From NCBI GenBank assembly GCA_030690515.1, contig JAUYGP010000569.1, positions 1 through 54,045 of the forward strand: DNA of 54,045 bases, written 5' to 3'. Both the position numbers and the translations under genes were made by a program. The notes under the pieces were generated by a model that was not told the DNA's origin, did not search any database, and saw only the letters and a list, made by a program, of their open reading frames with translations. Shown in pieces: positions 8,288 to 18,545 of this stretch. Origin of the DNA: Giesbergeria sp. GTDB lineage: Bacteria; Pseudomonadota; Gammaproteobacteria; Burkholderiales; Burkholderiaceae_C. Position 1 is the stretch's first letter. Each line of letters starts with the position of its first letter.

Positions 8288-9487
8288 ATGATCACCCTTC
8301 AAGACATCCAGGACGCCGCATCCCGCCTACAAGGCCAGGTGCTGGACACCCCCTGCGTGGAATCCCGCACGCTCTCTGAAATCGTGGGCGCGCAGGTGTT
8401 CCTCAAGTTCGAGAACCTGCAGTTCACCGCCTCGTTCAAAGAGCGCGGGGCCTGCAACAAGCTCACGCTGCTCACGCCCAAAGAACGTGCGCAGGGCGTG
8501 GTGGCCATGAGCGCGGGCAACCATGCGCAGGGCGTGGCCTACCACGCACAGCGACTGGGGCTGCGCGCCGTGATCGTGATGCCGCGCTTCACCCCCGGCG
8601 TGAAGGTGGAGCGCACCCGCGGCTTTGGTGCCGAGGTGGTGCTGCATGGCGACACGCTGGAAGAAGCGCGCCAGCACGCCTATGCGCTGGCCGACGAACA
8701 GGGCCTAACCTTTGTGCACCCCTATGACGACGAAGCCGTGGCCGCAGGCCAGGGCACGCTGGGGCTGGAGATGCTGCAGGCCGTGCCCGACCTCGACACT
8801 TTGGTGATCGCCGTGGGCGGCGGTGGGCTGATCGCGGGGGTGGCCACGGCAGCCAAGGCCATCAAGCCGGGCATTGAGGTGATCGGGGTGCAGACCACAC
8901 GTTTTCCGGCCATGGTGAATGCGATCCAGGGCACGCACCACCCACAGGGCACCTCCACCATCGCCGAAGGCATTGCCGTGGGCACACCGGGCACCATCAC
9001 CCAAGAAGTGGTGCGCCGCCTGGTGGATGACCTGCTGCTGGTGGACGAGGGAGACATCGAGCAGGCGGTGCTGATGCTGCTGGAAATCGAGAAAACCCTG
9101 GTGGAGGGCGCGGGGGCCGTCGGGCTGGCTGCCATGCTGCGCCACCCCGATCGCTTTCGTGGCAAAAAGGTGGGCTTGGTGCTGTGCGGCGGCAATATCG
9201 ACCCGCTGCTGCTGGCCGCGATCATTGAGCGGGGCATGGTGCGGTCCGGGCGGCTGGCGCGCATCCGCGTGAGCGCACGCGATGTACCCGGCGCCCTGGC
9301 CCGCATTACCGCAGCCCTGGCCGAAGTGGGCGCCAACATCGAAGAAGTGCACCACCAGCGCGCCTTCACCATGCTGGCAGCACAGAACGTCGAGATCGAG
9401 TTGGTGCTGCAGACACGCGGCCATGCCCACGTGGAGGAAGTGCTGGAACACCTGCACGCCGTGGGTATGACCGCCACCAAAATGTAG
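8288..9487 (+). CDS. ilvA: threonine ammonia-lyase with C-terminal ACT domain
   Basis: PLP lysine SFKERG, SAGNHAQG, VGGGGL, ACT domain (DVPGALA). Confidence 0.93.
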   Translation: MITLQDIQDAASRLQGQVLDTPCVESRTLSEIVGAQVFLKFENLQFTASFKERGACNKLTLLTPKERAQGVVAMSAGNHAQGVAYHAQRLGLRAVIVMPRFTPGVKVERTRGFGAEVVLHGDTLEEARQHAYALADEQGLTFVHPYDDEAVAAGQGTLGLEMLQAVPDLDTLVIAVGGGGLIAGVATAAKAIKPGIEVIGVQTTRFPAMVNAIQGTHHPQGTSTIAEGIAVGTPGTITQEVVRRLVDDLLLVDEGDIEQAVLMLLEIEKTLVEGAGAVGLAAMLRHPDRFRGKKVGLVLCGGNIDPLLLAAIIERGMVRSGRLARIRVSARDVPGALARITAALAEVGANIEEVHHQRAFTMLAAQNVEIELVLQTRGHAHVEEVLEHLHAVGMTATKM

Positions 9488-9556
9488 GCGGCCAACACGT
9501 TTTCGGCCCAGCCGCTAGAATTTGGGGCAACATTGCCCCTTTCGGAGACCCGCACC

Positions 9557-9703
9557 ATGTCGCATTCCAGCACCAGCCACACCCCCGCCACGCCGTCCGA
9601 CGACCCTGTGGAGGCCGTGGTGCCCTACATGCCCGTGGTGTTGCCCGTGGTGGGAGGCATCATGATCTTTTTGCTGGCGATGATCGCCGTCACCATGGCC
9701 TGA
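9557..9703 (+). CDS. 48-aa single-pass membrane protein (absent from ORF track)
   Basis: MSHSSTSHTPATPSDDPVEAVVPYMPVVLPVVGGIMIFLLAMIAVTMA; GGAG RBS, host-like codon usage, own terminator. Confidence 0.75.
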   Translation: MSHSSTSHTPATPSDDPVEAVVPYMPVVLPVVGGIMIFLLAMIAVTMA

Positions 9704-9738
9704 GGCTTCGCTGGCGGCCCAGCCGCCAAGGCCCATAC

Positions 9739-9766
9739 AGCCCCGCCAGAGCGGGGCTTTTCTTTT
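9739..9766 (+). terminator. rho-independent terminator
   Basis: AGCCCCGC-caga-GCGGGGCT followed by TTTCTTTT. Confidence 0.8.
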
Positions 9767-9805
9767 GTGCGGGGTGCAGCGCCCCACCCCTGCGAGGAGT
9801 AAACC

Positions 9806-10531
9806 ATGCGTAACGGCCATGCCTTGGTGCTGTTTTCTGGCGGTCAGGATTCCACTACCTGCCTGGCCTGGGCGCTGCAGCATTTCGCCCATGTGGAGAC
9901 CATCGGCTTCGACTACGGCCAGCGCCACCATGTCGAGCTACAGGCGCGCCAGGAGGTCCTGACAGCCCTGCGCGCAGATTTTCCGCTGTGGAACGAGCGT
10001 CTGGGCGAGGACCACATGGTCGACCTGGCCGTGCTGGGCCAGATCAGCGACACGGCGCTCACGCGCGCCACCGCCATCGAGATGGATGCCGCCGGCCTGC
10101 CCAACACCTTTGTGCCGGGGCGCAACCTGCTGTTCTTCCAACTGGCCGCCGCCGTGGGCTACCGGCGTGGCCTGCACACACTGGTGGGCGGCATGTGCGA
10201 AACCGACTACTCGGGCTACCCCGACTGCCGCGACGACACCCTCAAGGCCCTGCAGGTGGCGGTGTCGCTGGGTATGGGCCAACGCTTCACCATCGAGACG
10301 CCACTGATGTGGCTGGACAAAGCCCAAACCTGGGAGCTGGCGCGCACGCTGGGCGGCGCGCCGCTGGTGGACGCCATCATTGCCCTTTCGCACACCTGCT
10401 ACCTGGGCGAACGCGGCCAGTTGCACGCCTGGGGCCACGGCTGCGGCGACTGCCCGGCCTGCGCTCTGCGGCGCAGCGGTTTTGAGCGCTGGCAGGCTGC
10501 GGACGAAGACACGAGCATCAACAGCGCATAA
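9806..10531 (+). CDS. queC: 7-cyano-7-deazaguanine synthase
   Basis: SGGQDS PP-loop, [26 protein letters not shown] zinc site. Confidence 0.96.
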   Translation: MRNGHALVLFSGGQDSTTCLAWALQHFAHVETIGFDYGQRHHVELQARQEVLTALRADFPLWNERLGEDHMVDLAVLGQISDTALTRATAIEMDAAGLPNTFVPGRNLLFFQLAAAVGYRRGLHTLVGGMCETDYSGYPDCRDDTLKALQVAVSLGMGQRFTIETPLMWLDKAQTWELARTLGGAPLVDAIIALSHTCYLGERGQLHAWGHGCGDCPACALRRSGFERWQAADEDTSINSA

Positions 10532-10796
10532 CCTCATGCGTTTTTTGCATGAATCTTGCCCCTGTCTGACAGACAAGCGGGCTGGAGATTCATAAAATCG
10601 TCATCCCAGCCGACCCGCGGATTCCGTGGACTTGCCTCCGCCCCGTGGTGGCCGTCCCTTGCTCCCGCCCGCCGACTGAGCACACAAGCCGTTTTTTCAA
10701 AGGCAGCGCTCAGCATCCGCACCAGCGCGGGCCCCGCAGTGACGTTGTTCGCACGCTTCCTTTGAAAAAACTGTTTTCAACTTAAGGAAGCTCCCG

Positions 10797-12668
10797 ATGA
10801 ACGCACCCGCCATGCAGGGCCTGAACCTCAGCGCCCCCGCCTACGTCAAAAACGCCCACCTGGTCGCCTGGGTGGCCGACATGGCCGCTCTGTGCAAGCC
10901 CGAGAGCATCGTCTGGTGCGACGGCTCCAAGGAAGAATACGACCGTCTGTGCCAGCAACTGGTGGACGCCGGTACGTTCAAGAAACTCAACCCCGCCAAG
11001 CGCCCAGACAGCTTTCTTGCCTGCTCCGACCCGTCGGACGTGGCCCGCGTGGAAGACCGCACCTACATTTGCTCGGCCAAGAAGGAAGACGCAGGCCCCA
11101 CCAACAACTGGATGGAGCCGGCCGCCATGCGCGCCACGCTGCAGCCGCTGTTTGACGGCTGCATGAAGGGCCGCACCATGTATGTGGTGCCGTTCAGCAT
11201 GGGCCCGCTGGGCAGCCACATTGCCCACATCGGCGTGGAACTGACCGACAGCGCCTACGTGGCCGTAAACCAGCGCCTGATGACCCGCATGGGCAAGGCC
11301 GTGTACGACGTTCTGGGCGTGGACGGCGAGTATGTGCCCTGCATGCACACCGTGGGCGCCCCGCTGGCTGCGGGCGAGAAGGACACCACCAGCTGGCCCT
11401 GCAATCCCAGCACCAAGTACATCGTGCACTACCCCGAAACGCGCGAGATCTGGTCGTATGGATCGGGCTACGGCGGCAACGCCTTGCTGGGCAAAAAGTG
11501 CCTGGCCCTGCGCATTGCCTCCACCATGGGCCGCGACCAAGGCTGGCTGGCCGAGCACATGCTGATCCTGGGCGTAACCAACCCCGAGGGCAAGAAGTAC
11601 CACGTGGCCGCCGCGTTCCCCAGCGCCTGTGGCAAAACCAATTTCTCGATGCTGGTGCCGCCTGAGGCCGGCTTTGCAGGCTGGAAGGTCACCACCATCG
11701 GTGACGACATCGCCTGGATCAAGCCCCATGCCGACGGAAAGATGTACGCCATCAACCCCGAGGCGGGCTACTTTGGCGTGGCGCCCGGCACCAACATGCA
11801 CACCAACCCCAACTGCATGCGCAGCCTGGACAAGGACGTGATCTTCACCAACGTGGCGCTCACCGATGACGGCGACGTCTGGTGGGAAGGCATGGAGAAA
11901 GACGGTGGCGGCATTCCCGCGCACCTGATCGACTGGCAGGGCAAGGACTGGACACCGGCCATTGCCAAGGAAACCGGCGCCAAGGCCGCCCACCCCAACT
12001 CGCGCTTTACCGTGGCCGCCACCAACAACCCGGCACTCGACCCCCAGTGGGATGACGCTGGCGGCGTGGCCATTGACGCCTTCATCTTCGGCGGCCGCCG
12101 CTCCACCACCGTGCCGCTGGTGACTGAAGCCCGCACCTGGATGGAAGGTGTGTACATGGCCGCCACCATGGGCTCAGAAACCACCGCCGCCGCCTTTGGC
12201 GCGCAGGGCGTGGTGCGCCGCGACCCCTTCGCCATGCTGCCGTTCTGCGGCTACAACATGAGCGACTACTTCCAGCACTGGCTGGACATGGAGCACAAGC
12301 TCGAAAGCCTGGGCCACACCCTGCCCAGCATCTTCTGTGTGAACTGGTTCCGCAAGGGCGAAGACGGCAAGTTCGTCTGGCCCGGCTATGGCGAGAACAT
12401 GCGCGTACTCAAGTGGATGATCGACCGCATCGAAGGCAAGGCCGCTGGCCAGGAAACCATGTTCGGCGTGGCACCCCAGTACGCTGAGATCAACTGGACA
12501 GGCCTGGACTTCAGCGCCGCCCAGTTCAACACCGTCACCGCCATCGACAAGGCGGCCTGGATGGAGGAGCTCAAGCTCCACGACGAGCACTTCGCCAAAC
12601 TGGCCTACAACCTGCCCAAGGAATTGCTGGAAACGCGCGCAGCCATCGAGGCCCGCCTCCACGCCTGA
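10797..12668 (+). CDS. pckG: phosphoenolpyruvate carboxykinase (GTP)
   Basis: [33 protein letters not shown] motifs. Confidence 0.97.
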   Translation: MNAPAMQGLNLSAPAYVKNAHLVAWVADMAALCKPESIVWCDGSKEEYDRLCQQLVDAGTFKKLNPAKRPDSFLACSDPSDVARVEDRTYICSAKKEDAGPTNNWMEPAAMRATLQPLFDGCMKGRTMYVVPFSMGPLGSHIAHIGVELTDSAYVAVNQRLMTRMGKAVYDVLGVDGEYVPCMHTVGAPLAAGEKDTTSWPCNPSTKYIVHYPETREIWSYGSGYGGNALLGKKCLALRIASTMGRDQGWLAEHMLILGVTNPEGKKYHVAAAFPSACGKTNFSMLVPPEAGFAGWKVTTIGDDIAWIKPHADGKMYAINPEAGYFGVAPGTNMHTNPNCMRSLDKDVIFTNVALTDDGDVWWEGMEKDGGGIPAHLIDWQGKDWTPAIAKETGAKAAHPNSRFTVAATNNPALDPQWDDAGGVAIDAFIFGGRRSTTVPLVTEARTWMEGVYMAATMGSETTAAAFGAQGVVRRDPFAMLPFCGYNMSDYFQHWLDMEHKLESLGHTLPSIFCVNWFRKGEDGKFVWPGYGENMRVLKWMIDRIEGKAAGQETMFGVAPQYAEINWTGLDFSAAQFNTVTAIDKAAWMEELKLHDEHFAKLAYNLPKELLETRAAIEARLHA

Positions 12669-12714
12669 CACCCCAGGCGCACAGCGTCTGTAAGGCACGG
12701 TGCCCACACCCAGC

Positions 12715-12741
12715 ACAGCCGCCCTTGGGGTGGCTGTTTTT
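12715..12741 (+). terminator. terminator between convergent pckG and ftrD
   Basis: ACAGCCGCCC-tt-GGGGTGGCTGT followed by a T-run. Confidence 0.7.
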
Positions 12742-12744
12742 ATT

Positions 12745-14148
12745 TCAGAATGCGCGCAGCAGATCGAGGGTGCGCACCCACAGCAGTGCAGGCAATGCTG
12801 CCGCACCAGCCAGCAGTGCAGTGGCGGTCACGGCACGCAAGCCCCGCACGTCCATGCGCCGCAGTTGGCCCATACCGAGCGCAATGCCCGCGAACCAGGC
12901 CAGCAGCAGCAACGCCAGTCGCGCCTGCGGCAGCCACCCAAACTCGATACCCTCGCTGCGCAGCTGCGTCAGCGTGAGCATGGACAGGCCTAAGAACAGG
13001 TTGGCCGCCGCCATGGGCACCAGGCCCAGCGCCAGCACCTTCCAGTCGGCCCGCGCCAGCCGTGCGGCCACCACCGTGGCAAGGTGTGAACACCCGCCCA
13101 CCAGCACAGCGCTGGCAGTAAGCCAGGCCACAATGCCCGCACCATCGAGCCAGCTGAACACATCGGAGGCTTGCGGGTAATGCGTGAGCACCCACCAGGG
13201 AGCGTTGCTCGCGAGCGGCCAGAAAACGTCGTGCTCCACCAACCAGGTGGCCAGCCACTGCCTGGCCTGCACAAAGCCTGGCGCCATGGTCCATTGAAAT
13301 GCCCCGAGCGCAAAACCCAGCATGCCGTAGAACAGCAGCAACGCCTCGTACAGGCCCACGTCGCCGCTCTGGCTGCGCACGATCTCGCTCCCCGGCCAAC
13401 GCCAGCGCAACGCCACGGCGTCGCGGTGTCCGCTGCAGCGGCCGCAGGCATGGCATTGTGAGGCGCTGGCAAGCGCACTGACATTGAGCAGCGGCGGGCA
13501 ATCCACGGCGGGGGTGTTGGCCGGTTGCATATCCCACGCTGCGCGGTCCGCCTTGAAATGCAAAGGCGCCAGCCGCGCCAGCAGCGCAAAGACACCGGTC
13601 ACCGGGCACAGATAGCGGCACCACACCCGCTTGCCCCGGCCATAGACAATGCCGACCGCAATCGCCGCGACCGTGGAGCCCCCCAGGATGACGAGCACCG
13701 GGCCGGGGTACTCGTACACACTGATGAGCTGCCCATACAGCGTGGTACCCAAAAACCCCACCAGTGGCCAGCCAGGCCATCGCATCCAGCGCGGGATGGG
13801 CCGCCCCTTGCCAGGCCGACCCGCAAATTCCGTCAGGGCCCCCTCAGGGCACATCACGCCACACCAGAAGCGCCCCACCAGCAGCATCGAGGCAATGACA
13901 AACGGCCACCAGAGGCCCCAGAAAGCAAACTGCGCAAATCGCGTGAGGCTGTTGAACATGCGCGCATCTTCGGGCGGCATTGGCAGAAAGGCCGGTACGG
14001 CAACCAACACAAAATACAACCCCACAATGGCCCATTGCAGCAGCGCAATGCGCCCCCGGTGGCGCGCCATCATGTCGCCCAGCCGTGCCAGGCGTGTGCG
14101 CTGCGCGCGGGCCTGGCGCGGCTGGAAATGCAGCGTGTGTGTGCTCAT
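12745..14148 (-). CDS. ftrD: polyferredoxin / 4Fe-4S membrane protein (FtrD)
   Basis: GRFWCGVMCPEG, WCRYLCP, CHACGRC; last gene of the ftr operon; ATGA overlap with ftrC. Confidence 0.85.
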   Translation of the reverse strand: MSTHTLHFQPRQARAQRTRLARLGDMMARHRGRIALLQWAIVGLYFVLVAVPAFLPMPPEDARMFNSLTRFAQFAFWGLWWPFVIASMLLVGRFWCGVMCPEGALTEFAGRPGKGRPIPRWMRWPGWPLVGFLGTTLYGQLISVYEYPGPVLVILGGSTVAAIAVGIVYGRGKRVWCRYLCPVTGVFALLARLAPLHFKADRAAWDMQPANTPAVDCPPLLNVSALASASQCHACGRCSGHRDAVALRWRWPGSEIVRSQSGDVGLYEALLLFYGMLGFALGAFQWTMAPGFVQARQWLATWLVEHDVFWPLASNAPWWVLTHYPQASDVFSWLDGAGIVAWLTASAVLVGGCSHLATVVAARLARADWKVLALGLVPMAAANLFLGLSMLTLTQLRSEGIEFGWLPQARLALLLLAWFAGIALGMGQLRRMDVRGLRAVTATALLAGAAALPALLWVRTLDLLRAF

Positions 14149-14963
14149 GCCGCAGGCAACCGCGTGGCCCGTACCGCCCACCAGCGCTGCGCGGCCATCA
14201 GCACCCAAAACGCACAGAACACCAACACATTCGCGGCAGCAGGACGTGCCCGGTAGCCAAACAGGTCCGCCAGCCATTTACCGGCGCCCGCGCCATCGTC
14301 CAGCCAGGCACTGGTGTCCCACAGCGGATCGGGGCCCGGTGGAATCCATTCCATACCGATCAGGCGGTCGGTGCCCAGCACCAGCATTCCGGCGGCAAAC
14401 AGAAGCAACAGGTTGGCGCTGACCCGCAGCACCTGGTGCTGTGGCAGCAGACGCAGGCCCCGCGCAGCCGCCCAGGCAGTGAATGCCGCCAGCAGAAAGC
14501 CCGCCAGTGCCGACGGTAACAACGCCACCCATCCCGCCCCGGAGGCCATGCCCTGCAGAAAGATGACGGTCTCGGCGCCTTCGCGCGCCACGGCCACGGC
14601 TGCGACAGCGGCAATGCCCCAGGTGCCCCGGTGTTCGGCAGCGCGGTTCAGCGCCCCTTCCATTTCGCGGCGCAGGCCGCGCGCATGGCGCCGCATCCAC
14701 AGCACCATGTGTGTCATCAGCGCAGCAGCGAACAGAATCAATAGTGCCTGGAAGACTTCCTGGCCCCGGTCCGACAGGCTCCCCAGCGCGCCCTGCATCA
14801 TTGCGGAGAGCGCCAGCGCCAAGGCCACGCCCGCAGCCACTCCAGACCATAGGCCAACGCGCACGCTACTGCCCCGTCCCTCGGCCCAGGCGGCCAGAAT
14901 GCCGATCACCAACATGGCTTCGAGGCTTTCACGCCATACGATGATGAAGGCATTGAAAAGCAT
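14145..14963 (-). CDS. ftrC: FTR1-family iron permease (FtrC)
   Basis: Two RExxE motifs (RESLE, REGAE); WDTS..L and GYRARP. Confidence 0.93.
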   Translation of the reverse strand: MLFNAFIIVWRESLEAMLVIGILAAWAEGRGSSVRVGLWSGVAAGVALALALSAMMQGALGSLSDRGQEVFQALLILFAAALMTHMVLWMRRHARGLRREMEGALNRAAEHRGTWGIAAVAAVAVAREGAETVIFLQGMASGAGWVALLPSALAGFLLAAFTAWAAARGLRLLPQHQVLRVSANLLLLFAAGMLVLGTDRLIGMEWIPPGPDPLWDTSAWLDDGAGAGKWLADLFGYRARPAAANVLVFCAFWVLMAAQRWWAVRATRLPAA

Positions 14964-14978
14964 GGAGAGCAATCCTGT

Positions 14979-15317
14979 TCAGCGGGCAACGATGCGGCCC
15001 TGGGCCGTATCGGGATGGAACTCACCAAAGAAGCGATAGCTTCCTGGCTTGAGCGGCGCAAACACCAGGAAGCTTTTGGCTCCGGGCGCCAGCACCTTTT
15101 CTTTCTTCAGCTCCAGGCTTTCAAATTCTTCGGCATCCGTCCCGGCGTTGTGCAGCACGAGCTTGAAACGTGTCTGGGCCGGAACGACGATTTCCTCGGG
15201 AAAAAACCGGCCATTCTTCATTTCCAGCGCAAAGGTGGGCAGCTCCTGCGCGTAGGCACCTCCGGCTACCAGAGTGAGCCCGGCGGCCAACAGCAGAATT
15301 CGCAGACGCGACGCCAT
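14979..15317 (-). CDS. ftrB: periplasmic cupredoxin-domain protein (FtrB)
   Basis: Signal peptide; EEFES..L.KEK; FFGEFH. Confidence 0.88.
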   Translation of the reverse strand: MASRLRILLLAAGLTLVAGGAYAQELPTFALEMKNGRFFPEEIVVPAQTRFKLVLHNAGTDAEEFESLELKKEKVLAPGAKSFLVFAPLKPGSYRFFGEFHPDTAQGRIVAR

Positions 15318-16717
15318 CAGAAACCCACCCGTGCGCGCACACCCACCAGAGCGATGCCCTTGCCATCCGGGTTGGCGGCCGGGCGCGCGATGTATTGCAG
15401 GCTGGGCGTGAGCTCCACATGGTCATTGAGGTGGATGCGGTAGTACAGCTCCCCAATACGCTCGGCCCCGTGCGCGGCATAGCCATAGGTGGCCAGGTCG
15501 GCCGCAGAGGCCGCAGCAAACCGACCGCTGGTGCGCAGCATGCCCACGGCCAGACCCACGCCGTCGGCGCCCCGCCCCCAGGAGGAGCCGTCAAGCTCGC
15601 CACCCAGCGTAAGCACGCGGTCAAAGCGCACATCGCCTGTGGTTTGGTGCCCGTAGCGGCCAAACAGCGTGAGAGAGTCCGTCACGCGCTGGTCGATGGA
15701 GAGACCGAAACCACCGTGGCGCGCTTCGCTGTCGTCGAAATTGGTGGCGCGTGCATTGCTCCAGGCATAGGCCCGGTAGGTGCCCGGCAACGCGTTGATG
15801 CGCGGCGACACCCAGGCCTGCGCGATGACCAGCGGCTTGCCGTTGCTCCCGCTGAACGATGCGCCACGGCCCGACCCAAAGGCCCCCACGGACACCCCCC
15901 AGGGCATGGCCTTGTCGCTCGTGTCTTCATAGGCAGCAATCGCGCCGGGCGCAAAGCCAAAGCGGTCGGCGCCCACGTCGCCACCCGAATCGAGCAAGGG
16001 GTTGTGCACAAACACGTTGTTGGCAAAGCGGCGCGTTTCGTCGTCGGCAATGCTGTTTTGGTCAAAGAAGACAAAGGGGTCAATCTTGCCGACCGTAAAT
16101 GTGGTCTTGCGCAGCACGTTGCGCTCGGTGAAAGGTACTTCTAGCTGGTACCAGGCCTGCGCAACGGTGAACTGCGTGTCGTTCGCGTCGTCGCCCGCAA
16201 AGGCTGTGCTGTTGGCAGTACCGGTGTAGGTGGGCCGCAGCGCCAGACCGTCACCTTGGCCAAAACGGGCGTGTACGTAGACCGTGCCCTTGTTTTTGCC
16301 AAAGTCGCCGCCCGGCAAGGTGACAGCCACATCGCCACGGTAGTTGCTGCGGCTGCGACCCGAAGCAGGATCGGCCAGGGCGCCGCGCCCTGCCTGTTGC
16401 ACTGCCCCCGTCAGGCTGCCCTCGACGCTGATGCCATCGAATGCGTCCAGTTTTTTTGCCGGCGTCTGCAGCGCCTGCTGCTGGGCCTCGACGGCTTTGA
16501 GGCGCGTGACCAGTTCGGGCTCGTTCTCGCTGATGCGGTCGCTCGCCAGTGCGCTGCGCAACTGGGTGTTCTGCGTCTCCAGGCGCTCAACGCGCTCGAC
16601 CAGCGCCTTGATCTGCGCCACGAGGGCCTCGTTGTCTACGGCGACCGCCGTCATGGGCACGGCGCCCAGCGACAAGGCCACGACCAGCGCGGTGCGGGCA
16701 GGCAAGGCGACTCGCAT
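15317..16717 (-). CDS. OprB-like outer-membrane porin with N-terminal coiled coil
   Basis: Signal peptide, coiled coil, TVGKIDP..FFDQN..ADDE, ELYY, terminal Phe. Confidence 0.82.
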   Translation of the reverse strand: MRVALPARTALVVALSLGAVPMTAVAVDNEALVAQIKALVERVERLETQNTQLRSALASDRISENEPELVTRLKAVEAQQQALQTPAKKLDAFDGISVEGSLTGAVQQAGRGALADPASGRSRSNYRGDVAVTLPGGDFGKNKGTVYVHARFGQGDGLALRPTYTGTANSTAFAGDDANDTQFTVAQAWYQLEVPFTERNVLRKTTFTVGKIDPFVFFDQNSIADDETRRFANNVFVHNPLLDSGGDVGADRFGFAPGAIAAYEDTSDKAMPWGVSVGAFGSGRGASFSGSNGKPLVIAQAWVSPRINALPGTYRAYAWSNARATNFDDSEARHGGFGLSIDQRVTDSLTLFGRYGHQTTGDVRFDRVLTLGGELDGSSWGRGADGVGLAVGMLRTSGRFAAASAADLATYGYAAHGAERIGELYYRIHLNDHVELTPSLQYIARPAANPDGKGIALVGVRARVGF

Positions 16718-16719
16718 AC

Positions 16720-17265
16720 TCAGTACCCGCCCTTCTTGCCGATGCCTGCGTAGGTAAAGTCCCATTCCAGCTCGACAGGCTTGAACCAGGGGCGCACGCC
16801 TGTGGCCCGATCGGTATGGCGGCCATAGTGCATGCCCATGGCGTTTTCCTTGGCGTTGGGTGGGTAGACCGTCAATTTGACGTGGTACTTTCCCGGGCCT
16901 GCCAGCTTGACGTTGTCGCCGTAATGCGGCCCATCGCTGGCCACCATGGGCATCATGTCGCCGCGGATGATCTCGCCCGTGCCTTGCTTGGTGACTTCGT
17001 ACTTGACCAGCAGGTACGGAATCCAGGCGCCTTCTGCGTAGCCATTGACGTTGCTGCCCAGGGCATGGATGTCGGCTTCAAGGTGAATGTCCGACTCCGA
17101 CGCTTTGCGCATGTGTCCGTCCGGCTCCATTTCCACGGGCTGCAGGTACACGGCGGCCACCTCCATACCCGCCACGTTTTGGGGTGCACCAATGGGGTAT
17201 TCCAGCGCCAGTGCGGGCAGGCTGAGGGCAAGGGCACCCGTGAGAACCAGGGAACGAAGCAGCAT
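16720..17265 (-). CDS. ftrA: periplasmic P19/Tpd-type iron-binding protein (FtrA)
   Basis: AVYLQPVEM, DIHLEADIHA, MPMVASDGPHYG.N motifs. Confidence 0.92.
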   Translation of the reverse strand: MLLRSLVLTGALALSLPALALEYPIGAPQNVAGMEVAAVYLQPVEMEPDGHMRKASESDIHLEADIHALGSNVNGYAEGAWIPYLLVKYEVTKQGTGEIIRGDMMPMVASDGPHYGDNVKLAGPGKYHVKLTVYPPNAKENAMGMHYGRHTDRATGVRPWFKPVELEWDFTYAGIGKKGGY

Positions 17266-17325
17266 GCGGAAATCCTTTCTGAGAGAGATGGAGGCGGCAA
17301 AGAGCGGCCCGGTCGACTTAATACA

Positions 17326-17344
17326 AATGAGAAGGAGTCGCATT
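17326..17344. promoter_or_regulatory. Fur box
   Basis: AATGAGAAGGAGTCGCATT, an imperfect 19-bp palindrome ~60 bp upstream of ftrA. Confidence 0.7.
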
Positions 17345-17529
17345 ATAAATACCGTTTTCTGGCCGTTGTTGCGCTAAATCAAAAATGGGCGGGGCTCATC
17401 GTGGGGACAGAATTTGGCAATTCCCACCCCACCCGTCGTAGGTCCTTGGCGGTTTCACCATGGCGTCGGGGTACGATCCCTACGCCTGCATGCCCGCCTG
17501 AGGGCCCCTCAATGTCCTTCGCCCCCTTC

Positions 17530-18519
17530 ATGAACAAAGCACTGATCCTGTCCCTGGCCGTCGCCTTTGCATCCCCCGCCATCGCGGCCAGCCCCAACCG
17601 TGGAGAGGCCCATTTCGTACTGCTGCAGTCAAAGGACGTGCCCTTCGCCTCCGTCACGATCAGTGGCACCTGTAAATCGGACGATGGTTCCTTCTTTGGT
17701 GGCAAAAAGGTCGAACATCCTTGGTCGTGCACCACCGATGCCAATGGCGTCTGCACGGCAGAAATCACCCTGCTTCCACGCCAGGACAGCGACAAAACGA
17801 ACCCGTGCCGGGGCACCACTGCCACACTGATCACCGAGCCGGGCACCCCGGCGGCCAAGAGCAGCTACTTCACCTTCTTTGCCAACGGCGAGCCGCACAG
17901 CTACAACCTGCTGCAAAAGGGAACGTCGTGGAAGCATGGGGACTACCTCTTCAAATCGCTGGCCAACAAGGACCGTTTTGATGCTGTGGCCTACCGGCAT
18001 GCGCCCGACTTCTACCGGAAAATGCTGGTGACCGAGGCAGACGCGTCTGGACGCCCCGCCAGTTTCAGCACAGCGTCCGCCCACATCCCCGAAAGCCAGG
18101 ACTACCCAAGCGCTGAATATCTGCGGGCCAGCATTGATCCGAAGTCCAACCAACCCTCGGTGCAGGTGGTGGTGATGGATACCTACATCGACTTCAGCTT
18201 TCGCAAGCTGGCCAAGGCCACCTACCCTGCCGCCAGCGGCAGCCACACCACCACGCTGCACCCCATCAGCCAGAACGCGATTTGCAACCTGCGCGACCTG
18301 TTCGAACGCAAGTGCACCCACACCGAGACCGTGGCCTTTGACTTGGATATGGAGACCGTGCGCCAAACGGCGGCCGCGTATCGGATCGGAGAACGCAACA
18401 TCTGGACGTTTCAGATCACGGCCCAATCCGGCCATGAGCGCAGCCTCTCGCTCAGCACTGCTGAATTCAAGGCGCTGGTGGAGGCCCTGGATAGCGCGGC
18501 TGCCAAGGGCCGCCCCTGA
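17530..18519 (+). CDS. hypothetical secreted Cys-containing protein
   Basis: Signal peptide MNKALILSLAVAFASPAIA; six Cys; no family recognised. Alternative start 17512. Confidence 0.75.
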   Translation: MNKALILSLAVAFASPAIAASPNRGEAHFVLLQSKDVPFASVTISGTCKSDDGSFFGGKKVEHPWSCTTDANGVCTAEITLLPRQDSDKTNPCRGTTATLITEPGTPAAKSSYFTFFANGEPHSYNLLQKGTSWKHGDYLFKSLANKDRFDAVAYRHAPDFYRKMLVTEADASGRPASFSTASAHIPESQDYPSAEYLRASIDPKSNQPSVQVVVMDTYIDFSFRKLAKATYPAASGSHTTTLHPISQNAICNLRDLFERKCTHTETVAFDLDMETVRQTAAAYRIGERNIWTFQITAQSGHERSLSLSTAEFKALVEALDSAAAKGRP

Positions 18520-18545
18520 TCGAAGGCCCCTGCTCGCCGTTGCGC

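Noticed and set aside
9704-9805. preQ1 riboswitch upstream of queC
   Set aside because: Only a terminator hairpin is visible; no preQ1 stem with an A-rich tail.
16816-17529. Long N-terminal extension of ORF 16816..18519
   Set aside because: It overlaps ftrA antisense and the Fur box; the signal peptide begins at 17512/17530. Other ORF-track starts were trimmed for similar reasons.
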